Assembly (NCBI GenBank): GCA_965216965.1
Contig: CBDCGX010000052.1
Location: 35,195-99,194, forward strand
Direction: 5' to 3'
Origin: Spirochaetia bacterium
GTDB taxonomy: Bacteria > Spirochaetota > Spirochaetia > WTKD01 > G963693115
Length of the DNA: 64,000 bases
Of the stretch, positions 1 through 9,674 are shown piece after piece (positions within the stretch are counted from its first letter, which is position 1; each line of letters begins with the position of its first letter). Under the pieces are notes generated by a model. It was not told the DNA's origin. It made no database searches and saw only the letters and a list, made by a program, of their open reading frames with translations. A program made the translations under genes and the position numbers.

Positions 1-439
1 AAATAGGCTTCCCATTTGTATATACCAAAGTAGCACCTCGTAAAAAAGTCATCGCAACTAATGTTGTTATAAACGCTTGTAATTTTCCATAGCTAATAAA
101 CACTCCGTTTATACTACCCAAAACACCCCCCACAATCATTGCTACAGTAAAAACAATATAACCATTTATCCCTTTTGCTAGCATGTTAGCAGCAATTACC
201 CCACAAAAAGCCAATATGGATCCTACCGATAAATCTATTCCACTTGTTAAAATTACAAAAGTCATGCCCGCTGCAATTATTGCATTGATAGATGTTTGTC
301 TTAATATATTTAATACATTAGTTATAGATAAAAACCGAGGGTTTAAAATAAAGACAATTAATGCAAACCCAATCAATCCTATTAAAGGCTTATTTCTTAA
401 TAGGATGTTTTCTTTTTTTTCTATTATATCTTTTTTCAT
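1..439 (-). CDS. rbsC: Ribose ABC transporter permease (5' part; runs off window start)
   Basis: Not in the ORF track. My translation from ATG 439 (alternative ATG 442) reads MKKDIIEKKENILLRNKPLIGLIGFALIVFILNPRFLSITNVLNILRQTSINAIIAAGMTFVILTSGIDLSVGS, with the typical GIDLSVGS motif. Lies directly after rbsA. Confidence 0.92.
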   Translation of the reverse strand, partial: MKKDIIEKKENILLRNKPLIGLIGFALIVFILNPRFLSITNVLNILRQTSINAIIAAGMTFVILTSGIDLSVGSILAFCGVIAANMLAKGINGYIVFTVAMIVGGVLGSINGVFISYGKLQAFITTLVAMTFLRGATLVYTNGKPI

Positions 440-445
440 CATCTC

Positions 446-1939
446 CTAATTTTTCTGTTTCAACCCCATAGCATATTTTATTATTTTTTCTTGTGTAGCT
501 TCTGTCCTACTAAAAACACCTGTTATAGTTTTATTATATATAACCATAATCCTATCGCTCAATCCCATAACCTCCGGCATTTCTGAAGAAATTATAATTA
601 TACTTATCCCATCCCTTTTGAGATCATTAATCAAATCATAAATTTCCTTCTTAGCTCCTACATCTACCCCTCTAGTAGGTTCATCTAAAATTAAAATTTT
701 TGGATGTGTCATGAGAGCCTTTGCTATAGAAACTTTTTGTTGATTCCCTCCGCTTAGGTTTCTAACAAGCTTATTAATTGTTGGAGTTTTAATATTAAAT
801 GTAGAAACAAAATTCTCGACTTCTAGTTGTTCCTTATCTTTTCTTATTTTTTTATATATAGTTTCAAATCTTTTCAAAGCAGAAATACTCATATTTTCCT
901 TAACCGAAAGCCCCAAATGAAGCCCATTGCCTTTTCTATCTTCTGACACATATGCTATTTTATTTTTCAGAGCATCCATTGGAGAATTTATATTAGCTCT
1001 TTTTCCATATACATATATTTCCCCCATGTCTTTTTTTAATGCTCCATATATGGTTTTAGCCAATTTAGTCCTGCCAGCCCCCATAAGTCCCGCTATTCCT
1101 AAAACTTCTCCACTCCTAAGAGAGAAGGTAATATTCTTTGTAAACGCACTATTTAAGTTCTTAACTTCCAAAGAATTTTCTCCTAAATCCACTTTTATTC
1201 TTGGAAATTGATCTTTCAATTTTCTTCCAACCATTTTTTCAATAATTTCATCCTCAATAACTTCCGAAACAGTAACTTCATCGATAAATTTCCCATCTCT
1301 CATAATTGTTGCATAGTCGCACACCTCAAAAACTTCTTTTAGCTTGTGAGTAATATAGATAACACTTTTCCCTTCGGCTATCAATTCTGCTATAACTTTA
1401 AATAAACTTTCTATTTCCGTTGTTGTTAATGCATCAGTAGGCTCATCCATAATAATCATACGTGCATTTTGAGAAAGTGCCTTTGCAATTTCTACCATTT
1501 GCTTTCCTCCTACACTAAGATCTCCAACCAATACTCTAGAAGAATATTCTATATTTAACTTTTTCAACAGCTTATCTGCTTCGTAATACATCTTATTCCA
1601 ATAGATCCTAAATCCTTTTGTTATTTCTCTCCCCAAAAATATGTTTTCGGCTATAGAAAGACAATCTATTAAGTTCAACTCCTGATGAATAATAGCAATC
1701 CCCGCTTCTTGTGATTCTCTTACCCCATTAAATTCCACCTTCTTTCCATAATATTTTATAATCCCAGCATCCTTTTTATAAATGCCAGTAATTATTTTCA
1801 TCATAGTTGATTTTCCAGCACCGTTTTCTCCGAGATATGCCATCACTTTTCCCTCATATACATTTAAACAAGCCTCATCTAATGCCTTTACTCCTGGAAA
1901 ATTCTTAACTATTCCAGATACTTCTAATATTGTATTCAT
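446..1939 (-). CDS. rbsA: Ribose ABC transporter ATP-binding protein (two NBDs)
   Basis: GENGAGKST Walker A, LSVGGKQ and LSGGNQQK signatures, DEPT motifs; operon context. Confidence 0.95.
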   Translation of the reverse strand: MNTILEVSGIVKNFPGVKALDEACLNVYEGKVMAYLGENGAGKSTMMKIITGIYKKDAGIIKYYGKKVEFNGVRESQEAGIAIIHQELNLIDCLSIAENIFLGREITKGFRIYWNKMYYEADKLLKKLNIEYSSRVLVGDLSVGGKQMVEIAKALSQNARMIIMDEPTDALTTTEIESLFKVIAELIAEGKSVIYITHKLKEVFEVCDYATIMRDGKFIDEVTVSEVIEDEIIEKMVGRKLKDQFPRIKVDLGENSLEVKNLNSAFTKNITFSLRSGEVLGIAGLMGAGRTKLAKTIYGALKKDMGEIYVYGKRANINSPMDALKNKIAYVSEDRKGNGLHLGLSVKENMSISALKRFETIYKKIRKDKEQLEVENFVSTFNIKTPTINKLVRNLSGGNQQKVSIAKALMTHPKILILDEPTRGVDVGAKKEIYDLINDLKRDGISIIIISSEMPEVMGLSDRIMVIYNKTITGVFSRTEATQEKIIKYAMGLKQKN

Positions 1940-2355
1940 CCTTTTTCTGTAAAGACCACTCCCGATTTTAAAATAATATTAGCATAAAAAGTGCATTCTC
2001 CTGTTCTAATTATTCCTTTACTCTCTTTTATAATTTCTTTAAATTCCTTATGGGGAACTTTAGTCAATATAGCTTTTTTGCATTTTTCCTTGAGTAATTT
2101 TATTAATGTACCATACATTGTATTACTTATTTTTTCTAACTCCTTAGCAATAATTACCTCCTCTATTTCCATTTCTTCTAAAAGAACTTCTAGAACTCCT
2201 AAAAATGAAGGCATACCCTTTTCTACTGCTATGTCTATTCTTTTTGTTGAATTTGGAATAGGCAACCCTGCATCTCCAATTGTTATCATGTCTGTATGAC
2301 CCATTTTAGAAATAACACACAATATCTCACTATTTAATAGTCTTCCTTTTTTTAT
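1936..2355 (-). CDS. rbsD: D-ribose pyranase; probable non-canonical ATA start
   Basis: GHTD..TIGDAGLPIP and RTGECTFYANIIL motifs. The frame extends upstream of the TTG at 2322 to (ATA)KKGRLLNSEI, behind GGAGG at 2370-2366. Confidence 0.9.
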   Translation of the reverse strand: MKKGRLLNSEILCVISKMGHTDMITIGDAGLPIPNSTKRIDIAVEKGMPSFLGVLEVLLEEMEIEEVIIAKELEKISNTMYGTLIKLLKEKCKKAILTKVPHKEFKEIIKESKGIIRTGECTFYANIILKSGVVFTEKG

Positions 2356-2377
2356 AACAATTTATCCTCCTTTAAAT

Positions 2378-3286
2378 TTAAAATGTATAATGCATAACTT
2401 CTTCGTAAGTTGGCAACGAAGACTGAGCTCCCTTTTTAGTTACGGTGATAGCTCCAACCTTTGCTCCAAACTGCATAGCTTCCTCTATTCCTTTTCCTTC
2501 AACTAACATTCTTACAACTCCTCCTATAAAGGAGTCTCCTGCCGCCGTTGAATCCACTGCATTGACTTTCTGAATCTCAATAGTAAAGTTTCTCTCCTTG
2601 CTTATGTACATTGACCCATTTTCTCCCATTGTAACAATTATGTTTTTTGCTCCCTTCTCTATTAAAGTTCTTCCTGCATGCAAAACTTCTTCCTTATTAC
2701 TTGTGGGCATCCCACTCAATAACTCCAGCTCTATTTCATTTGGAATCAAAAAGTCTATATTTTTAAGTACTTGTTCTGTCAACTCTTGCGCAGGAGCTGG
2801 ATTTAAGATAGTAATACTCCCGTATGCTTTAGCCTTTACTAAAACATGCTTAACCACAGCAAATGGAATTTCTAATTGCAATAACACTATATCAGCATCC
2901 TGTATCAACGAAATGGTATTGTCTATGTCTTTTTCTGTAATTGCAAAATTTGCTCCTGGCACCACAATAATAGTGTTATGAGCATTATCATCTACAACTA
3001 TTGTCGCTATCCCCGTACTCGCCTCTACCTTTCTAATATAGCTAACATCTATATTGTTTCCCCTTAAATTTTCTATGAGCTTTGCACCATAAGAATCTCT
3101 TCCAACAGTTCCCAACATGGTAACATCCACTCCTAATTTTCCACTAGCAACCGCTTGATTGCCACCCTTTCCTCCTGATATTTCAAAAAATCTTTTGCCT
3201 ATAATTGTCTCGCCTAATTTTGGATGCTTAGATGTCATAGTTACTAAGTCCATATTTAAACTTCCAATTACTAAGATTTTTTTCAT
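2378..3286 (-). CDS. rbsK: Ribokinase (PfkB family)
   Basis: GSLNMDL, GGKGGNQAVA, DSTAAGDSF motifs. Confidence 0.95.
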   Translation of the reverse strand: MKKILVIGSLNMDLVTMTSKHPKLGETIIGKRFFEISGGKGGNQAVASGKLGVDVTMLGTVGRDSYGAKLIENLRGNNIDVSYIRKVEASTGIATIVVDDNAHNTIIVVPGANFAITEKDIDNTISLIQDADIVLLQLEIPFAVVKHVLVKAKAYGSITILNPAPAQELTEQVLKNIDFLIPNEIELELLSGMPTSNKEEVLHAGRTLIEKGAKNIIVTMGENGSMYISKERNFTIEIQKVNAVDSTAAGDSFIGGVVRMLVEGKGIEEAMQFGAKVGAITVTKKGAQSSLPTYEEVMHYTF

Positions 3287-3330
3287 GCTTTTATAACTAA
3301 CTTTTATTCCTTTTCTTGCAATATAAAATA

Positions 3331-3359
3331 ATTATAAGCTATTTCTCGCTAAATATCAA
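3331..3359 (-). promoter_or_regulatory. Sigma70-type promoter of rbs operon
   Basis: TTGATA (3359-3354) - N17 - TATAAT (3336-3331), 45 nt upstream of the rbsK ATG. Confidence 0.65.
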
Positions 3360-3389
3360 TGCAGCTTCTAGAATTATGTGCTAATAGAT

Positions 3390-3998
3390 TTAATCTGTTG
3401 TTTTATTTTTTTGCTGTAAAAACACATTCACATCAGTTACAGTCATGCCAGCTTGTTTTGCAGCTTGAATACCTATTGGGCTATCTTCAAACACATGACA
3501 ATATTGTGGTTCAATTTCCATATTTTCTGAACATTTCAAGAATAAGTCAGGAGCGGGTTTAGGATGAGGTACATCTTCCGAAGTAATGATTGTTACAAAG
3601 TATTTTTTAAGATTAAGTTTCTGTAATAAAGCATGTGTCACTTCTTTTGCTTCATTGGTACCCAACGCTATAGGAAGTTTCCCTTGATAATATTGTATGA
3701 TATCTATTGTTTGAGAGTAAAGTTCTACTGTATGTATAAGGTCTTTATAATACGCATCTTTTTTTAGTTGTGTTTCTTGTGGATGCAATATAACATCATA
3801 CATTCCCCCTAATTTTACTGCACACTTCTCGGTAGTTAACCCATTAATTTTTTCATAATCATCTTCGGTGAAATCTCTTTTGTTATCTTGCATAACTTTC
3901 CTCCACGCCTTAATATGTGCAGGTTTTGAGCAAAGAACAGTGCCATCCATATCAAAAATAAGTGCTTTCACATGTTGTGGTATTAAAAACTGTTTCAC
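3390..3998 (-). CDS. HAD-family phosphatase (YqaB/beta-PGM-like)
   Basis: FDMDGT motif I, KPAPDLF, VFEDSPIGIQAA. Start moved to GTG 3998 (AGGAAG upstream), which removes the overlap with the MATE gene. Confidence 0.85.
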   Translation of the reverse strand: MKQFLIPQHVKALIFDMDGTVLCSKPAHIKAWRKVMQDNKRDFTEDDYEKINGLTTEKCAVKLGGMYDVILHPQETQLKKDAYYKDLIHTVELYSQTIDIIQYYQGKLPIALGTNEAKEVTHALLQKLNLKKYFVTIITSEDVPHPKPAPDLFLKCSENMEIEPQYCHVFEDSPIGIQAAKQAGMTVTDVNVFLQQKNKTTD

Positions 3999-4011
3999 TG
4001 ACTTACACTTC

Positions 4012-5391
4012 CTATTTATATTGTATTGTTTTATTCTTAATTGCAGTAAGTACAAATAAAAGCAATATAATTGCAGTTATCCATGCACACACTAACACCG
4101 ATAAAAACACGCCATATATTCCTAAATGCAAGCTATACGCAAAAAGAGATATAAATATAAGGGGCAAAACTGTTTGCCTCACAACCAAGAATATCATCGG
4201 TACGAGGGGCTTTTTCATACCTTGTAATGTAGAAGATGAAAACGACATCATCTCATACGCAAAAAATGTGCCAAAAGCAAACCAAAGATACTGCCCCGTT
4301 GTAACAATAACTGTAGTATCTTGGGAAAAGATGCCAGCAACATATTTTCCAAGAACTACTATAGGAAACATTACAGTAAATTGAATAACAACAGCAAAAA
4401 GCAACGAAACACCAAGCGTCTTTTTAATTCTATTATATTTTTTAGCTCCATTATTTTGCCCTACCATAGCAGAAAGCGCCATTCCAATACCTATAGATGG
4501 GATAAGCGCAAGTTGTTCTATACGGAGACCAATACCATATGCAGCAACAACACTACTATCTCCAAGTCTTGTTAGAAAAAAATTCACAAGGGAGAGTCCA
4601 AAAGATGCCATCATTATTTGTAAAAAAATAGGAGCACCATACCATAAAATGGTGCTTGCTTCTTTAACAGTTATCATAAAGTTTTTAATTTTATCTAATT
4701 GAAGGCCACCATCTTTTACAACTTTATGAAATATTAAAACAAATCCAAGAAATTGTACCAATACTGTAGAAAATGCAATGCCTGTAATCCCCATAGCAGG
4801 AATAAATGTGAAAGATTTAAATTGCACCCCATACATGAAAACAGGATCAAGCCATACATTAATTATTGCATTCATTATAAAAATATTTCTCAAAAATTTT
4901 GTATTGCCAATACTCACAAGTCTCGCATTAAGAGTCATTGAAGATATAAAAAAGGGCATCCCATACGCCAAGGTGTCAATATACTCTGTACTATATATAA
5001 ACACTTTTCCATTAGCTCCCAATACTTTCAATATTTGAGGTCCTAATATCCTCACCAGAAACATGATAAGTACTCCAACTATAATAGAAAGAGTAAATGC
5101 TTTTTCTAAATATAATTTAGCTTTTCCTTCTAACTTCTCACCTAAAGCGTTTGAAATCAGCACTGTAGTTCCACTAGAAACAAGGTACGAAACCGCAATA
5201 GATAATAAAAATATCGGGAATGTAAGAGAAAATGCAGTAAGTGCCTCTATACCTATTTTCCCACCCCAAAATGAATCTGTCCAATTATATAGTGAATTAA
5301 ATAAGTGGCCAAACATTGCAGGTGTTGTAATAAACAACATATGTCTCCATATGCTTCCTTTTGTAAGATCATGTTGTTTCTGTAATTGCAT
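4012..5391 (-). CDS. MATE family efflux transporter
   Basis: DLTKGSIW N-terminus, many hydrophobic segments, AAYGIGLR and MVGQNNGAKKY motifs. Confidence 0.9.
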   Translation of the reverse strand: MQLQKQHDLTKGSIWRHMLFITTPAMFGHLFNSLYNWTDSFWGGKIGIEALTAFSLTFPIFLLSIAVSYLVSSGTTVLISNALGEKLEGKAKLYLEKAFTLSIIVGVLIMFLVRILGPQILKVLGANGKVFIYSTEYIDTLAYGMPFFISSMTLNARLVSIGNTKFLRNIFIMNAIINVWLDPVFMYGVQFKSFTFIPAMGITGIAFSTVLVQFLGFVLIFHKVVKDGGLQLDKIKNFMITVKEASTILWYGAPIFLQIMMASFGLSLVNFFLTRLGDSSVVAAYGIGLRIEQLALIPSIGIGMALSAMVGQNNGAKKYNRIKKTLGVSLLFAVVIQFTVMFPIVVLGKYVAGIFSQDTTVIVTTGQYLWFAFGTFFAYEMMSFSSSTLQGMKKPLVPMIFLVVRQTVLPLIFISLFAYSLHLGIYGVFLSVLVCAWITAIILLLFVLTAIKNKTIQYK

Positions 5392-5509
5392 ATATTCCCT
5401 TATAAATATGTATATTTATCACAAATCGCAATGAGATTTTCATCTCAATATGAAAAAGAAATAAAACTTTGCTTATAGATAATTTAAATTTCTAGTACTA
5501 GTAGCTCAA

Positions 5510-6586
5510 TTATAATAAAAAAGTCTTATCCATGCAAACACTATCCATACCGCACAAAACCATAATAAGCCTATCTATTCCTAGAGCAACACCACTACAA
5601 GGTGGAAGAGAAGGTTCTTCTAAAAATGATACTGGATATGGAATCTTTATACGTCGACTTCCTTTATTAATAAATTCATCTTGTGTATATTGTGAATGAA
5701 AAAAATCTTTTATTTTTTGAATATCTGTTTGTTCAGAATAACAATTTGCAATTTCCACTCCACCTATATATAATTCCCATCTCTGTGTCCATATAGAATT
5801 GTGTTCTATTGCAAGTGTAGGTATACTATTTGGATATTTTGTTATAAAAACAAATGCATCTTTTGGTAGTCGCGGTTCTATATAGTGGGTAAAAAGCATT
5901 AGAAATACATCTTCCATATCATAATGGCTTATATTTTTATCTGCAATGTTTGCAATGCTTAATGCTTCTTGAACAGAAGAAGAAGTGAGCACATCTACTA
6001 TCGGGATGTCTGTATAACGTTTAAATGCCTCTTCCACACTTATTACAATTACTTGTTCTGGAATTTCTTTTATTGATTCTATTATCTTGAAATTCTTATG
6101 GAAATTGCAAAGCCACAAAGGTAATTGTATGGTTTCAGATAATACAACATCTGTAACATGATATAAAAGATTTACACAATCTAAAATACTTTGATCAAAA
6201 GAACTTAAAACACGATACCATTCCAATAGTAAAAATTCATCTTTGTGTAAATTATCGCTTATTTCTTCTCTTCGAAAACTATGAGCAAACTCATATATAC
6301 CACAACATTTCTCTTCTTTTTCTTGTGCAATGCTCGCAAGTAAAGGCTTCAGGTTAACTTCAGGCGAAGGAATAAGATATTGTACATCACCTTCATTTAA
6401 GTATTCTTGAGATTTATTACTGTTGTGTCTCTTAGTATGTACGACAAACACATCTATATGTCTTTCGGGAATAAGTGCTGGCACCATCAAAGGGGTATGT
6501 ACTTCTATAAAGTTTTGCTTGTCCAAAAAACGCCGCATTGCAGAAAGAATACGAAATTGAATTTTCACATATGCATATATATTCAC
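5510..6586 (-). CDS. epmA: EF-P lysine ligase (EpmA/GenX, LysRS catalytic-domain paralog)
   Basis: FIEVHTP, PSPE, FRREE...H..EF..LEWYR, RWELYIGGVEIAN, SGVALGIDRL; no anticodon-binding domain. Confidence 0.85.
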   Translation of the reverse strand: MNIYAYVKIQFRILSAMRRFLDKQNFIEVHTPLMVPALIPERHIDVFVVHTKRHNSNKSQEYLNEGDVQYLIPSPEVNLKPLLASIAQEKEEKCCGIYEFAHSFRREEISDNLHKDEFLLLEWYRVLSSFDQSILDCVNLLYHVTDVVLSETIQLPLWLCNFHKNFKIIESIKEIPEQVIVISVEEAFKRYTDIPIVDVLTSSSVQEALSIANIADKNISHYDMEDVFLMLFTHYIEPRLPKDAFVFITKYPNSIPTLAIEHNSIWTQRWELYIGGVEIANCYSEQTDIQKIKDFFHSQYTQDEFINKGSRRIKIPYPVSFLEEPSLPPCSGVALGIDRLIMVLCGMDSVCMDKTFLL

Positions 6587-8343
6587 ATAGATTCCACAGT
6601 TCTACAATTGTTTTTTATACATATAATCTCATAAGGAGATAAAGAGAACATTCCTTCATCTTCATTTTTCCCCTTGGGAGCATACATTATATCTCCTGTA
6701 ATAAGATCAACACATCCTTCTTTCCATATAAAAGAAGAAATCGATATTTTCTGAACACACTCTTTATTGCTTACATTTACAAGACATAACACCTCGTCTG
6801 GATTATCATTATATGGCCCCCTTACTATTGCAAAAACATTCGTGCCTGTGTCAATTACCTTCATAGGAGAAAATGGATGAAATGCTTTACTCTTTTGTCG
6901 CATTTCTAAAAGTGCCAGATATCCGCGTAGAACTCTACTACGAAGACTTTGAGGAGCTTCAAGTTGATCTCGTACATGGTTTATGTTTAATTTTTCTCTG
7001 TTAATACTTCTATTTACTCCGCTTTGTACTACACCTTCTTCCCAATTTTCACTCCCTAAAATACTATGAATATATATACCGGGGACTCCCGGCATTGCAA
7101 GGAGCACAAATTGTGTCGCTAAGAACATCGTAGCTCTTTCCTCCACAGAAAGTTTTGCATCTGCAACCGCCGAAAGATAATTTATATTTATCTCATATGG
7201 TATTTCTCCTTTATCTGTTGCTTTATACGAAATACGTGCCCCTCTTTTTTTTACTGTATTAATGAGAAAATCTAACTCTGCAGGAGGAAGAAGTCCATAT
7301 GTAGGTGTCACTCCGATGCCATCATGTGAAGCACAAAAATTAAAATACGTACGATTCTCTTGTGGATCATCAAGTGTCTTTGCCCATGAGCTCAAATACT
7401 GTGCATCCCCTCTAACAAATGCATGGAGTAATAACGGAGGTAATGAGAACTGATATATCATCTGAGCCTCATCGTTATTGCCAAAATAGCTTATATTTTC
7501 CTTATGCGGAACATTTGTTTCTGTTATAATCACAGTACCAAACGCATACATATCAAGCAGCTTTCTCATAAGTTTTACAACGAGATGTGTTTTGGGATGA
7601 TGTACGCAAGAAGTTCCGTATTCTTTCCAAAGATATGCAATAGCATCAAGGCGGATAAACCTTGATGAATGCACAATTGCATATTCTAAAATAGTATCTA
7701 ACATCTCAAAAAGCACCTGTGGGTTTTCAAAATTCAAATCAACTTGATCCCTACTAAAAGTTGTCCATACATGTTTTTGTCCTAATTTCGTATCATATGT
7801 ACTTAAAATAAAATGTGGCCTCGGTCGAGTAACCATGCTATAATTCTTCTGGGGGTCTGCTAGAATGAAAAATTCAGTATATGGCTTTTCTTCCTGTAAA
7901 AACTTTTTAAACCACTCATGTTCTGATGAACAATGATTTAAAACAAGATCTGTCATAAAACAAAATGAAGAACTTATCTTATGTATATCATCCCATGATC
8001 CAAGATCAGACCTTACCTGTCGATAATGAGAAATAGAGAATCCATCATCAGAAGTATAGGGGAAAAAGGGCAATATATGTAATCCTGTAACTTTGCCTTT
8101 TCCATAATCACACAGAAAATTATACAATGTAGAAAGCGGAGCTTGACCATCCTGTAATAAACTATCTCCATAACTTATTACTATTGCTAACTTCTCATCA
8201 AACACAGATCCTTTATTATTTAGAGTATGACCAGTTGCCATTTCCTCCCATTTCTCTCTGTAAGCATCATAGAACTTATGCCACTTCCCCGCATATTTAG
8301 TATTATCATAAATAATACTAAGTAACTTTTGTATTGCATCCAT
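6583..8343 (-). CDS. GH13_18 phosphorylase, probably glucosylglycerate phosphorylase (YcjM-like)
   Basis: HILPFFPYTSDDGF, DLVLNH, WTTFSRDQVDLN, RLDAIAY, ITETN, FCASHDGIG, PYEIN motifs. Confidence 0.85.
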   Translation of the reverse strand: MDAIQKLLSIIYDNTKYAGKWHKFYDAYREKWEEMATGHTLNNKGSVFDEKLAIVISYGDSLLQDGQAPLSTLYNFLCDYGKGKVTGLHILPFFPYTSDDGFSISHYRQVRSDLGSWDDIHKISSSFCFMTDLVLNHCSSEHEWFKKFLQEEKPYTEFFILADPQKNYSMVTRPRPHFILSTYDTKLGQKHVWTTFSRDQVDLNFENPQVLFEMLDTILEYAIVHSSRFIRLDAIAYLWKEYGTSCVHHPKTHLVVKLMRKLLDMYAFGTVIITETNVPHKENISYFGNNDEAQMIYQFSLPPLLLHAFVRGDAQYLSSWAKTLDDPQENRTYFNFCASHDGIGVTPTYGLLPPAELDFLINTVKKRGARISYKATDKGEIPYEININYLSAVADAKLSVEERATMFLATQFVLLAMPGVPGIYIHSILGSENWEEGVVQSGVNRSINREKLNINHVRDQLEAPQSLRSRVLRGYLALLEMRQKSKAFHPFSPMKVIDTGTNVFAIVRGPYNDNPDEVLCLVNVSNKECVQKISISSFIWKEGCVDLITGDIMYAPKGKNEDEGMFSLSPYEIICIKNNCRTVESM

Positions 8344-8411
8344 TATATTCTATTATAGTAGATGCTTAAATAGTTTAAGATGTAGTAGCAATAATATCCT
8401 ACTACATAAAT

Positions 8412-8441
8412 AAAAAAGGCTACTTTAAAAGCAGCCTTTTT
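8412..8441 (-). terminator. Intrinsic terminator after WD40 gene
   Basis: Minus strand reads AAAAAGGCTGCTTTTAAAGTAGCCTTTTTT: a hairpin followed by a U tract, just after the stop at 8458. Confidence 0.7.
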
Positions 8442-8457
8442 ATTACGTTCTTCTCTT

Positions 8458-9486
8458 TTATTTGGTTATATCATATACCCTTACAGAATGGTCGTATCCA
8501 CTAATTGCAATCTTACTCGCATCTCTATTAAAAACAACATTATATACTCGAGTGCTTCCAGTATCATAGTTTACTATACTAGATCCTGTTTCGCTATCTA
8601 TAATATTTACATATCCGTCTCTTGCACCACTTACAATATACGCTCCAGAAGGAGAATATTGTACTTGTTCTACCGAATCGGTATGCCCTTCAAATACAAA
8701 AACACTAGATCCATCTGCCACATCCCAAACATGAACAGTGTTGTCCCATGCACCAGATACAATTTTTGTTCCATCTGGACTAAATGCAACAGTATTAACC
8801 TTTGCTGTATGTCCTACTAGCACCTGTACTTGTTCTTGTTTTTCCAAGTCCCATATACGTATGACTTTATCATTTCCCGTAGAAGCAAGAAGTGTTCCAT
8901 CGGGGCTAAACGATACATTAGTTGCATATGAATCATGCCAAAATTGAGCGATCCTTTCCCCTGTTTCATAATTAAGGACAATTATTTCACCCGTGAGCAC
9001 TGCTGCTGCAATATATGTATTTTCAGCACCAGTGTAAACATCAACTCCAATTACATTATGCTTAAATCCACCAAACTTCTTAATAAGTTCGCCTGTATCT
9101 CCATCCCATACTCGTATGGTTTTATCTAATCCAGCAGAAACTATTTTAGACCCATTTGTATCATAATCAAGAGAAATAACATCGCTCTCATGTGCATCTA
9201 AAATTTGTGTCAGTTGTGTTCCACCTTCAGGATCCCAAACAAATATATGATTATCCCATCCCCCTGATGCCAGTCTTGTAGAATCAGAGTTAAAAGAAAG
9301 CCCTTGAACGCCCCTTGTGTGGCCATTAAAAACAAATCTTTCAGTGAGAACTAAAACGTTAGACCCTGCTTCTACTACTTTTGTAGGATTCCCCTCAGTT
9401 TGAACTTTTGAAGCACAAGAGACAACTAATATACTTGTTGCAACAAAAAGTAAAAACAATGTAATACTACCTCTAATAACTTTCAT
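8458..9486 (-). CDS. WD40-repeat (beta-propeller) lipoprotein
   Basis: About 7 repeats of GH...V..vaFSPDG..laSG..D..v.vWD. Start MKVIRG at 9486 behind GAGGTG; hydrophobic signal ending in LVVSC. Confidence 0.85.
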   Translation of the reverse strand: MKVIRGSITLFLLFVATSILVVSCASKVQTEGNPTKVVEAGSNVLVLTERFVFNGHTRGVQGLSFNSDSTRLASGGWDNHIFVWDPEGGTQLTQILDAHESDVISLDYDTNGSKIVSAGLDKTIRVWDGDTGELIKKFGGFKHNVIGVDVYTGAENTYIAAAVLTGEIIVLNYETGERIAQFWHDSYATNVSFSPDGTLLASTGNDKVIRIWDLEKQEQVQVLVGHTAKVNTVAFSPDGTKIVSGAWDNTVHVWDVADGSSVFVFEGHTDSVEQVQYSPSGAYIVSGARDGYVNIIDSETGSSIVNYDTGSTRVYNVVFNRDASKIAISGYDHSVRVYDITK

Positions 9487-9674
9487 GATAAACACCTCGC
9501 TATACATTTATTTATTATTTATTTCATATTAATTTATATTAATATTTTAATATTTTAATTATGTTTTTAATACTATAAATAGTTTTTTAAAAACTTTTCT
9601 CCTAAATAGTATAATAATATTCGTAAGATATATCAACAAACTTTAGTAGTTTATAGCCATATATTGCATTTTTT

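Noticed and set aside
183-449. + strand 88-aa ORF and the many other short antisense or nested ORFs in the track
   Set aside because: They lie opposite or inside well-supported genes (here rbsC) and show no motifs or ribosome-binding sites.
8458-9486. WD40 repeats as a CRISPR-like or DNA repeat array
   Set aside because: The repeats are at protein level only; no conserved nucleotide repeat-spacer pattern here or elsewhere in the window.
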